From Macrostomum hystrix (lineage: Eukaryota > Animalia > Platyhelminthes): 64,000 nucleotides of DNA. Below are positions 1 to 10,851 of the stretch, piece after piece. How positions within the stretch are numbered: the stretch's first letter is position 1; each line of letters opens with the position of its first letter. The notes beneath the pieces were generated by a model, which made no database searches, was not told the origin of the DNA, and worked only from the letters and a program-made list of their open reading frames with translations. Location of the stretch: contig CATNEN010000001.1 in assembly GCA_950097015.1 (NCBI GenBank), positions 1,860,001 through 1,924,000 on the forward strand, given 5' to 3'. The position numbers and the translations under genes are program-made.

Positions 1-420
1 CGTATCTCAGCATCTTGCGCCTGCTTGTGCGAATCCAACTGATTTACAAAGCGCGACCTGGTTAATAGGCTGTTAGATACTTCGGCAGCTTTCTTTGCCA
101 GCTGATCAAGCGTCCTGAATTGCTCAACCTGCTCACTAGGATCGTTGCTATCATTCGCAACATCAGGCCGCAGGTGCTGCATCATCAGACAGTCCTCGCT
201 TGGTGACGCATATCCCCGATGGCCCTGTTGACTTCTCTGCTGTTCAATAATTCTCTGGCGCAATGTTTCACTCTCTTGGCTTTGCAGGCCAATCAATTGG
301 CGAATATCGCCCAGCTGGTTGAACAGCTGACTTGCTTCACCTTGCAGCTGATGATTCTGCTGCAACAATTTTTTTCGAATTGCAAATGCGGCAATTTTTG
401 GGAGACTCGTATGAAGCTCA
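1..420 (-). CDS. Partial exon of an unidentified Gln/Glu-rich, probably coiled-coil protein; runs off the left edge
   Basis: The minus-strand frame is open from ~420 to the window edge (…KLLQQNHQLQGEASQLFNQLGDIRQLIGLQSQESETLRQRIIEQQ…DQLAKKAAEVSNSLL…) with exon-like GC content. A GTAACG donor at ~527 suggests an upstream exon. The exact acceptor is not resolved. Confidence 0.55.
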
Positions 421-3400
421 TTTATAAGTTAAAACAAAATAGCCATGGGTGTACAAAAAATATTTATAATAATCCATAAATTAGTCAAGTGGATAACAAA
501 TTTATAATAAATGAGTGAAAACGTTACCCTTCAACTACAGACGACTGAAGTTGATCTCCAGAGCGGTGATAGAATTTCAATGATTGATTAAAAAAACTTC
601 CAATATAAAATTTGAACTGAAGACACACTCAGGTTTATCATGTATGCAAGCGAACAAAACAGTATAAAACTGGCTCATGGAGAAGAAATTGTGTTCGCCG
701 AAGCAAAGCCTAAATATCATTGGAGATTAGAACAGCACTAAGCGGGGATGCATGAACAGAATAGAGGGAACGCTAGAGTTAATCGGGGTTGGTCTTAAGT
801 CGCGACAGCCAATAGAAGGGATTCTACAGTGTTAGGTCTAAAACCAAACATAAATTTCGATTCCAAGCGCACCAACTGGCCCAACGCAACCTAATTATTG
901 ATCCATGACTGTCAGATGCAGCGATAAAACTTAAAACGATATCTTAAAATGTCTAAGATCTACAAATTGAGGGGTGCGAAGTGGGTTGAAGTGCATCAAT
1001 CAATTGATTCCTGACATGATTAGAGTAACTGCAGTTTGCAGATAGGATAAGTATGGAAGTTAGGCAAGGTTGTAGGGTAGGCCTTTACATGAATATAACT
1101 ATAACAGAACCTCTGTTTAATGTTAAGGAATAAACCTTGGTAGTAGAGACTGAGGCTTGAGCATGACAAACATAGCTAGCTAGAGGGAAGAAGTGTACAG
1201 CTAAACTGATGCCAGACTCGACTTTCTCTAACAGAGAATCATGCTTTAAGAGCCTAGCTAGAGCAAACACCAGCTTAGCAATCAATGATCGGAACTGGGA
1301 GATTGACTGTCAAGAAACATAAATGCTAAGGGCGGATAGGCTCAGTTTAGAAGGATTACAAACTTTATAGTGTACATGTCTTAGAAGCTTTCACTAGCAA
1401 AATAAAATACAGCAGTAGCAGATAAGCTGGTAGAACTCAAAGAAACTATTGTGACTACTAATAAGTAGGCATAAAAGCAATATCATAAAATTTCATTTTG
1501 TACCTTCAATTATGAGAGTGACAATAGCCACTCTGAATATAGCAGGTGTAATCTGGCTAATTTAACTTTACTATGCCCAACTAATCGAATTCTATATTTT
1601 TCTGGGTTTGTTAGTCTTTATAAGCATAACAATTCTATATTTCCTAGAATAGATTAAAGTTTTCATAGTACAATTTTCAAGGATAGAGTAATCCCCAAAA
1701 AGGGTTCTTTCTAGAACAAAATGGTAAAATATTCATTTCTTGCTCATTTTAATACTAGAATTTCATAAAAATATTTTTTACCAGGTTTAATTGAAGTTTA
1801 CACATTAGGAAAGAACTGAAGATCTGTTCTTTCTTTCATACCAGTCCAGTACAGTCCACCACAGTGTTCCAGCAGCCTGCAGCAATACTGCTGGAGTTGC
1901 ATCAGCTTAAGCTTGCTAGCTTCAACAAAATGATGCTTTTCAAATTGACTTCTGCCCAAAGCACACTGTATATGCCTAACCCTAGACATAAACAAATTGC
2001 TCACTATGTTGCTAATGCATTGTCACATCTACCTAAGACAGCACAGTGGCCACACATCCATTCATTAGCAGGTATGTGGTATGTTACCATCTAATATATA
2101 GCAGCCCAAGTGTCCACTGCCATTGTTGCAATGTTTTGTGGGGTAATGTCCAAGTGTATTTACTAACTATATAGCTGGCCATATCACTGCAGGTGGCACA
2201 ATCCAGCCTAGGGCTACAGGTCATCCAGTTATCTGGAGAAGTAGTTAGTGTAAAAAAGTAAGCAGTAAGCAATAAAACTATAGCTTGACTTGAATTCCAA
2301 TATTTGCATTCTCCCTCAAAAGGTCCCCAATATGTTGCAATGTTATAAGCCATAGAAATTACTTTGTGCCACATTAGTGCACAAATTTAAATTTTGGCTG
2401 TTGTAATAAACTATAGCAAACAATTTAGTAGCCACTTATGCAATACTGATATTTTGTTTATATGATTTGCATTTTTTAATTAAAAGTGATTAAAATCCAT
2501 GATCTGCTCAATCAACATGCCTTTGAAATAGTTTCTAGAGCATTGTTGGTACCCATGCAACACAAAAGGCATAATCCTTTTCTGGGTGGCACACTGCTAC
2601 ACCATCTAACTAATTTGCTTATTTGTGGTTTTAAATTGGTTATTAATTATTAAAAATTTGAAGTCTTTGATTCTGTTTCATTAAAACAATCAAACATGCC
2701 AAATGAGAGGATTACCCTTTAACTATTCATGACCACTTTGGCCAAAGTGAGCCACCCAACAAATTTTATTGCAGGATTTAAAAAAACTTGAAAAATGCAT
2801 TCTAAAATATGATTATAAAGATAAAATAAAGAATAAAAACTAGATTGGAGACAAAGATTCATATTAAAAATTATAGCAATGCGCATGTAAAAGCTCCAAA
2901 ATGCAATCATACATTTAAGGTACAAAGAACTTCCTGCAATGTAATTATTTTGCTAAACAAAAAAATAGGAAAGTAAATAGGCCTACTTCAAGTGATGATA
3001 TTGAAAATAATTAAATAGACCTACTAGTAGTAGATTAGTAAAAAACAATTGAATTAAAAAAACGGCAAGGCAAATATCTTTATTTATGAAAAATTCCCAT
3101 GTTAGTTCCGCAAAAACAAATTAGAACCAGCTCACAAAAAACTGCTTACACTTAGATATTTTTATCACTCAAACATCTATATTACACACTTCATAATACA
3201 CAATATTATGAAACTTTGAAGCGAATAAAAGCAAATTAAAGAATCGTTATATTTGTGTAAAAGCCTACGCGCAAAAAGAAGCAAAACCAAGTCAACCAGA
3301 AAACGTTTGTGTTGTTCAACTTTTCTGAACAAGAGCAAGTAACATTTCGGCGAAATAAAAGAGAGAAACGAGAAACAGCACGAAAAAGCTGCAAAAAAGT

Positions 3401-4873
3401 TGAAATGAAATACAATAATGAAAAAGAGCTCATAAAATTATATTAAAACTTAATTTAGACCCAAATATAAGATTATTCTGCTTGTCGATTTAAAAAAAAA
3501 AGATTTAATTTATATAGACACTTTTGCTTTTTGTTATAGTTTTTAAACCATTTATGACCTCCGTAATCTACATACTAGTCAGCATGTCTTATCCTGCATA
3601 TTTTCGCACTTATTGCTTAAGAATTCTGGAGTCGTTGCTTTTATAGCAATTCTTATGATTATCATTCATAAGAATCTTTGATTTCATCACTGGAAAAAAC
3701 TGATCTCATTACGTACCTTATTTACTTTTTCTATATAAAAAATGTAAAAAGAAAAGACATATTTCATTTAAGAAAAAATATGCTTTTGAAAATGAGGTGA
3801 CTAATCGCCGTAATTTGGGCAGTCTTAACTAAAAAAAGTACGCGTTTTTTCCTTAAAACCCGAAAACCTGTGTTCACGCAAATAGTCGTTATGTCACATT
3901 ACCAGTGTTAACAAAAATGATTAAAATTAACATTTGACATGATACACAACCATTGTTCTTTTGTGCTGTTGATAATTAATATTTTTATTAATTTACAGTA
4001 AGTTTTTTATTTTGTATTTTAAGGACGCGAACTGTACACTTGTCAATTATTTAACTAATTCGGTTCTTTAGACTTTTCTGAATTATCGCCTTGCAATATA
4101 ATTAGTCGGTTTCAAACAAACATAATTGAAGCGGGAAAAACGTAAAGAAGCAAATAAGAAACTAAAGCGAAATGGTGAGCAAAATTCATTGCAAGTCTAG
4201 TGACGTTTAAGCTACTCTGCCTCTTTTTTTTATGCAACTTAAGTACTTAAGTAACGTTCTTGCTGTCATTGTCCCAGTTTATCGAAGTCAGCGAAAGATT
4301 TACTTTATACTATAATCACTGTAGTTTTCTGTTTATTTTGTAAATACGAAGTTTGCTATTTGCACTTTGATATATCGTTTGTTTTGTTAGCAGTCAGTAA
4401 CAAAAATGTTTTAAAATATATAACACCACTTTTTTATAATTTAGGATTCGAAGTATATCATAAATCACATTTAAAGGGGGTGATGGAAGTATTCTAATAG
4501 TTTAAAGAAAAGTTTAAAATAGTTGTTCAAGCTCATCTGCAGTATTATTTTTCCTTTTTTAATTTATATGGAAAAGGTAGCTACCAAAGTTCTTGCTACA
4601 TGAGCTATTTGCACAACCATAGATTTAAAGTTTTAATTGTTTTAAGCTTCATTATTTTTTCATATAATAAAGTTTTAACACAAGAAGCATTAGGTCTATA
4701 GTTTACTAGAATTGAATATACATTGTTTACATTGTGGCCCAATCATGAGTAATTATAGGAGTATGGATTCTCAGCATGAAATACTTTGTTTCCTTGGTTT
4801 ATTATATTAAATTTAATTTAAATAGTAAACTGACATTAATATACTTTAAATGCTAAATGCTCCACCCTGACAG

Positions 4874-5739
4874 CCATTCACTAAGCCAATCAAAGATCCC
4901 AAGGAGGCCATTATTCGAGGCTTTGCCCAGCCGTATGGCCTGTTCAGACGCTGGCATAGGGACGCAATGCGCAGCGGTAGATTCGCCAGCGCCGACATCT
5001 TCCTATTGAGCACAGTTTGCGCCAGAACAATGCGACCGTCCCAGCGTCCCATGCAGCTAGCCGATATGTGCGACAACGCCTTCCTGTTCTTGTCAACACT
5101 GACTAGCCGCAAGGGTGAACAGATATCGCAGAATAAGAATGTCAGCTTGTACTTTGACTGGCTTGGCATGGATCGCTACGTGATGGTGAGTACAATGATT
5201 ATTTTTGTAATAATTGACAGCATGAAACGGTAATTGTATTAATTGCACTTAAATTTGCATTGCTTCAGTGAGTTTTTAACTCAAGCAATATGCACCGCAG
5301 AAAATTCTTCCTAGGCCTGACACTGACACCTGACACTAATCGCCTACGCTATAATGTACTACAGGTCGAGGGCGAGGCGTCGATAGTTCGCGATCGGCAC
5401 GTCGTCAACTGTTACTTCCAGAAGGTCTTTCCACCGGAGCTGAAGTGCTATTTCAGCGCTATAGACAACAACCAGAGCAAGGTGATTGACAGCGAGTTCA
5501 AAGAGAAATTCCAGGATCTCAAGCAGAAGATCTCGCAGTACAAGGACAGCAGAATTCCACCGCCAGAGTCGATGGTGCTGTTCAAAGTGGAGCCCAGCTA
5601 CTTCGAGTTCTACGAAAACTCCAAGGAGGTTGGCAATGTTCGGCTGGCCTACTCACGCCTGACTGAGGGCGCCAAGGTCGATAACCGGTTCTCATTCTGC
5701 GCCAATCCCGACTGGCTGATTGAGCAGATTGCTCAGTGA
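4874..5739 (+). CDS. PNPO: Pyridoxine/pyridoxamine 5'-phosphate oxidase-like (PNPO family), divergent; 5' start unresolved
   Basis: Exons 4874-5185 (cag|CCA … ATG|gtgagt) and 5365-5739 (acag|GTC … TGA), joined in phase 0. The joined protein reads PYGLFRRWHRDA…RPSQRPM…TSRKGEQISQNKNVSLYFDWLGMDRYVM|VEGEA…NNQSKVI…EPSYFEFY…WLIEQIAQ, matching the PNPO pattern (SRKG.E…NP.ASL.FYW…RQVRVEG; QS.VI; W..ERLAP). Confidence 0.8.
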
Positions 5740-6823
5740 CAGTACATATTATTGGTGCTGTGGTTCCAGCCAACTGTGACCTATAAGGATTGACCTATTT
5801 TCGTTATTACAATGCATGCTTAGTGTAAGTCAGCGACATACAAACCCGCATTTTACTGCCCGCGAATTTGTGCATTGCCGCTATTAAAATATTTAGACTA
5901 ATGTATGAGTACAATATGAAAGCTTTCTTCTTTACAAAGTGCAACTATTGCTAGAGTTTTTTTATAGAGAGTAGCGAACACTCGGTAATTTTACTAATTT
6001 TGGTTGCCTTTTACGCCACTTAAACATTTAAAACATTTTTAGCAACGGCAAGAAATATAACAAAACTATTCTAACTTATATGCAAAATTTTAGTTAAATC
6101 TCGACTGGCTGATTGAGCAGATTGCTCAGTGAAAGCTAGTCCATATTATATTTTTTGTTATAGTTTCAGGATGCGCGCATGTATAAACGCCAATCCGAGT
6201 TGTACTTTTAAAATGCACTAAGAATGTGGCCGAAAACGTATGAGTTGGTCATTCCAATAATGATAGTTTTTATTTTTCTTAATATGTATTTTAAAAGACA
6301 GAGAAGCGTGTGCCTTACTAATTTGGTGACGCAGCCGTTAAGAAAATTCATTTTAAGTTGATCTGCAATCAACACGAATGTGGCTCAACCTGGATGTCAC
6401 GGTGACAGTGGAAAAAAAGCTTGATCGGTACTTAACAAAAACTGAAAGATTAAGGACAGTCGTATTCTTCTCGTATACGACTCTAGAATTTGAGGACTAG
6501 AAATGTATATTAACTTGAAATGCAACTCTAATTTAATGAAGGCACACAAAATGTGTTCTATTAGTCCGAAAAAATATTTTTAATTAATACGAAATTGCAA
6601 TGGTTTACAGCATTTAAACAATTATCAGAAGTACAATAAAATAGCGATCTTTTTCTAGCACTTAAAGCATGAAAATACAGAAAAAAAATATGAAAACTTA
6701 TAGTAAAAACTTACAAATAACTTACAACTTAACTTACAACAAACTTACAAACTTACAACCCATCAAATGATAGCAAATGACGTGGAAGCATAGTGGCATC
6801 ATGGAAAATATGTGGCAATGGAC

Positions 6824-7650
6824 CAAGGGGAGGGATGTGAGATCAAGGGAATGGATGTGAGATCAAGAGAATGGATTTAAGATCATGGGAATGGATGTGA
6901 GATCAAGGGAATGGATGTGAGATCAAGGGAATGGATGTGAGATCAAGGGAATGGATGTGAGATCATGGGAATGGATGTGAGATCAAGGGAATGGATGTGA
7001 GATCATGGGAATGGATGTGAGATCAAGGGAATGGATGTGAGATCATGGGAATGGATGTGAGATCATGGGAATGGATGTGAGATCAAGGGAATGGATTTGA
7101 GATCATAGGAATGGATGTGAGATCAAGGGAATGGATGTGAGATCAAGGGAATGGATGTGAGATCAAGGGAAGGGACGTGAGATCAAGGGAATGGATGTGA
7201 GATCAAGGGAATGGATGTGAGATCATGGGAATGGATGTGAGATCAAGGGAATGGATGTGAGATCATGGGAATGGATGTGAGATCATGGGAATGGATGTGA
7301 GATCAAGGGAATGGATTTGAGATCATAGGAATGGATGTGAGATCAAGGGAATGGATGTGAGATCAAGGGAATGGATGTGAGATCAAGGGAAGGGACGTGA
7401 GATCAAGGGAATGGATGTGAGATCAAGGGAATGGATGTGAGATCAAGGGAGTGGATGTGAGATCAAGGGAATGGATGTGAGATCAAGGGAATGGATTTGA
7501 GATCATGGGAATAGATGTGGGATCAAGGGAATGGATGTGAGATCAAGGGAATGGATGTGAGATCAAGGGAATGGATGTGAGATCAAGGGAATGGATGTGA
7601 GATCATGGGAAGGGATGTGAGATCAAGGGAATGGATGTGAGATCAAAGGA
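6824..7650. repeat. Minisatellite, 20-bp unit GATCAAGGGAATGGATGTGA, ~40 copies
   Basis: Directly visible tandem array, just downstream of the OARD1 stop. Confidence 0.97.
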
Positions 7651-7769
7651 CTACTAAAGTATAACTCATAAAGTATTAATTACCAGCCAATAGGGTTGCT
7701 TGGTGAGATCATAGGAAGGGACCAGGGTTGCGAAAATTCTCAAGGTCTCAAACATGAAGCGGAGCAGAA

Positions 7770-8213
7770 TCACAGCGAGTAGACCTCCACGCACACGTCT
7801 GTACCATGGAAGACAGCCTGTATGATCTCTCGCACCCGACGCCAGTCCAATCGATCCAGTCCGCAGCCGATACGCGGCACAGCCAGCCTCTGAATGCCTT
7901 CATCTAGGCAAATCTGGCGCAGTCGTTGCAGGCACCGGGTCAGACTATCGTAAGTTGGCTTCTCCCAGTAGCGCTGTTTAGTAACCAGGCAAGCTAGCAG
8001 ACGACCGTCAGACAGTCGAATATGTGCAACATCGCCAACTCCGCAGCCCTGTCGTTGGAATTCGTCCAAGCGACCGAAACGCGAGCGAAACTCGGCGGCC
8101 ACTCCGCGACCCATGCGCAGATCGGCGCTGACGCAGTGGGCCAAACCGGAGGAGGCGCCAGCCGTTTGATTCGAGCCCGCGAACAGGTCGCCTTTAATTT
8201 CGTTTAGCCGCAT
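7770..8213 (-). CDS. OARD1: ADP-ribose glycohydrolase OARD1/TARG1 (macrodomain), intronless CDS, 147 aa
   Basis: Motifs KGDLF, LAHCVSADLRMGRGVA.EF, LVTK.RYWEKPTY..L and PRIGCGLDRLDW are typical of TARG1. The Lys and Asp corresponding to the catalytic pair are retained. Confidence 0.92.
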   Translation of the reverse strand: MRLNEIKGDLFAGSNQTAGASSGLAHCVSADLRMGRGVAAEFRSRFGRLDEFQRQGCGVGDVAHIRLSDGRLLACLVTKQRYWEKPTYDSLTRCLQRLRQICLDEGIQRLAVPRIGCGLDRLDWRRVREIIQAVFHGTDVCVEVYSL

Positions 8214-8938
8214 TTTTGCACATATAAAGCTATGTTTACTACTGACGATTCTTTGTTAGTAGTGTACGCTCGTAGTTAGAACAAGCTGCAATTTTTTATT
8301 ACACCACTAATTTTAAAGATAATAAAATAGACTATTTATTTCAAAGGCTTCATTTTTTAGTTTCAAAAAAAGATTCGAAAAGATATGTATTCGATTCAAT
8401 TAATTTTTATGATTTTTTTTACGAATCGTATGTTTTATATTTACGATCAAGTTAGCTGCAAAAGGAGCAGCTGAATTATTACGAATTCTCATTATGCTTA
8501 ATTAATTAAATTAAACACAACAAAAATGGTGGCGAAATAGGCAACACGGCGTAGGAAAAATGCGCAAAATCTTCATAGTACTTCCGAAAATAGCACTAAT
8601 ATATAAGCAAGTATTTAGGTCACATTAACATTAATGCTAGGGCATACTATGTTATAGTACAATCAAGTAAGTACCTTGTTGATTAACTGTTCGCAAAATG
8701 GAAGACAAACTATTTAACAGAATGTAAGACTACATAAAAAACTAACTAACGACCAAATTAAAATCTAAAATCGAGTAAAACTAACTGAAATTCAAATAAC
8801 ACTTAGTGGAGAACAATAATACTGAAAGCGGTATAGTTTAGGCTAAAAAAGTTGCGATAAAATAAGCTAAGAACTGGGGCTAAGAACACGATTAAACTGT
8901 TATCGCTTACTTCTGTTTAAGAATAAGGATGTCCCACG

Positions 8939-9306
8939 TCAATGTACACTGCCTAGCTCCCGTCACATCAATGTACACTGCCTAGCTCCCGTCACATCAA
9001 TGTACACTGCCACACCCTATCAATGTACACTGCCTAGCTCCCGTCACATCAATGTACACTGCCTAGCTCCCGTCACATCAATGTACACTGCCTAGCTCCC
9101 GTCACATCAATGTACACTGCCTAGCTCCCGTCACATCAATGTACACTGCCACACCCTATCAATGTACACTGCCTAGCTCCCGTCACATCAATGTACACTG
9201 CCTAGCTCCCGTCACATCAATGTACACTGCCACACCCTATCAATGTACACTGCCTAGCTCCCGTCACATCAATGTACACTGCCACACCCTATCAATGTAC
9301 ACTGCC
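8939..9306. repeat. Compound minisatellite: 29-bp unit TCAATGTACACTGCCTAGCTCCCGTCACA interleaved with a ~22-bp variant (…CACACCCTA…)
   Basis: Directly visible. Confidence 0.95.
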
Positions 9307-9480
9307 TCACTTACATGAATGAACATCGAATCGATAACGACAATGCCTTGGTAGAACATAGAATCCAAAAACCGTCACCCTACCGGCGAGCGAATTAAGC
9401 GGAGTACAAAGCGCAAGCAAAAATATAAGCTACTAAATAGAATCGTCAACAACAAGATCTGTAATATATACTATAAGGTA

Positions 9481-10851
9481 TTAGTCAGCTTTGAACTGCT
9501 GCATTTTAGCTGCCAAACTATTCTTATTAAGCACGGCAACGTGACCAATAGTGGTAGCCAGCACCCAGATCTCAAGCGCCAGCACAGCTGTCGGCCAGCC
9601 AGACCTAGAAGCGAACCAGCTCAACGGATAGCCGCTAAACATGGCGCCAATGTTAGCAAACAGTGCGCAGAATGCGTGACTAGTGAATGCCAAACGATTT
9701 GGCGCACTCTCCGTTGCTATAACGCCGTAAACAGCTACTGGGCCGAACAAGCACACGCCTAGACAGAAGCCTAATACCTGATAGGCCCACACTGGCCAGT
9801 CGGCATTGGATTGGGCGACAATAATATGCAGAAAGGCTACACATAATACATTATAGGCGCACAGAACTAGTAGGCGTGCCTGACGCAGTTGAAAATGACG
9901 CTTAAACCAAACCGAGGATTGACTGGCTGCGAGCACCGCGTCAGCCAGGACGCCCGCAGCTAGGGAGCCGATAATTCCTCCAGCCTGCAGGCTGCTAGAA
10001 AATTTGGCTCCATCAGCCAGGCTGAGGCTGCGAGATTCCGATAGAAACACCGGGAGCCAATCCATGGCATAGCGACAAGCGTTAATAGACATGTAGCCAA
10101 GATTGACTGATAGACAAACTGGATCTGTTAATAGCTGGAGCCAATCGGTTAGCCAGCCTGATTTATCTGATTTCGTCACAGATTTATCATCTCTCGTGTT
10201 GTTTTCATTGGCAGCATTAGTAGAGGGCTCCGAGCTGATCAGCAGAACAAATGGTAAACAATAAGCCAGACAGCAGACTGATGGCAATTGGACACTGGCA
10301 CGCCAAGAATAATCTATGCTAAGTTTGACACTCAAAGGTGCTCCAACAATACCACAGGCGTTCATAGCGGTAGACAGCACTGCCCAGGCTGTGCCAAATG
10401 CGAATGGTGCCACCCAAGCTTTGGCAATCTTCACCGTACTGGGCCAGGCTACGCCAATGACAATCCCGCTGGCAGTCATGAGCAGGCAGCGCAGAACTAG
10501 GGACTCTGTGCCCGCCAGAGTCAAACCAACAAGGCCGCTAAGGCTAAATGCACCGGCAAGTAGTGCCTTGGGACTAACTCTGTCCACTAGAAGACCAGCA
10601 ATGAACTTGCTCAGTGTATAACCTGCCTGTTGCCAGCTAAGCAATAGGCCTAATTCTGATTGGCTCATATCGCCAGATGCCAGAACAAATGGAATTACAA
10701 AGCTGAGTGCTTTTCTAGCCCAGAATAGCAAGTAGTAGCCAATGAATAGGGCACTGACTATTAGAAACTGAATGCTAGGCGGTGTCATTTGAGAACTGGA
10801 CATTGTCTTTTTATGGCTGAAATTTTTATTTGAAGTGAAAATTGTAAGCAT
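9481..10851 (-). CDS. SLC37A4: MFS sugar-phosphate exchanger, SLC37A4 (G6P translocase)/GlpT-like, intronless; start may be the second Met (~10803)
   Basis: 456-aa ORF with ~12 hydrophobic segments. Motifs GYYLLFWARKALSFVIP, AGYTLSKFIAGLLVDRVSPK, GTAWAVLSTAMN, GPVAVYGVIATESAP and SHAFCALFANIG resemble SLC37A4. Confidence 0.88.
   Translation of the reverse strand: MLTIFTSNKNFSHKKTMSSSQMTPPSIQFLIVSALFIGYYLLFWARKALSFVIPFVLASGDMSQSELGLLLSWQQAGYTLSKFIAGLLVDRVSPKALLAGAFSLSGLVGLTLAGTESLVLRCLLMTASGIVIGVAWPSTVKIAKAWVAPFAFGTAWAVLSTAMNACGIVGAPLSVKLSIDYSWRASVQLPSVCCLAYCLPFVLLISSEPSTNAANENNTRDDKSVTKSDKSGWLTDWLQLLTDPVCLSVNLGYMSINACRYAMDWLPVFLSESRSLSLADGAKFSSSLQAGGIIGSLAAGVLADAVLAASQSSVWFKRHFQLRQARLLVLCAYNVLCVAFLHIIVAQSNADWPVWAYQVLGFCLGVCLFGPVAVYGVIATESAPNRLAFTSHAFCALFANIGAMFSGYPLSWFASRSGWPTAVLALEIWVLATTIGHVAVLNKNSLAAKMQQFKAD

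Noticed and set aside
1000-2450. Possible decayed LTR-retrotransposon pol (HYVANALSHLP resembles RNase H N.VADALSR)
   Set aside because: A single weak motif with no other RT or integrase motifs recognisable; needs tblastx to decide.
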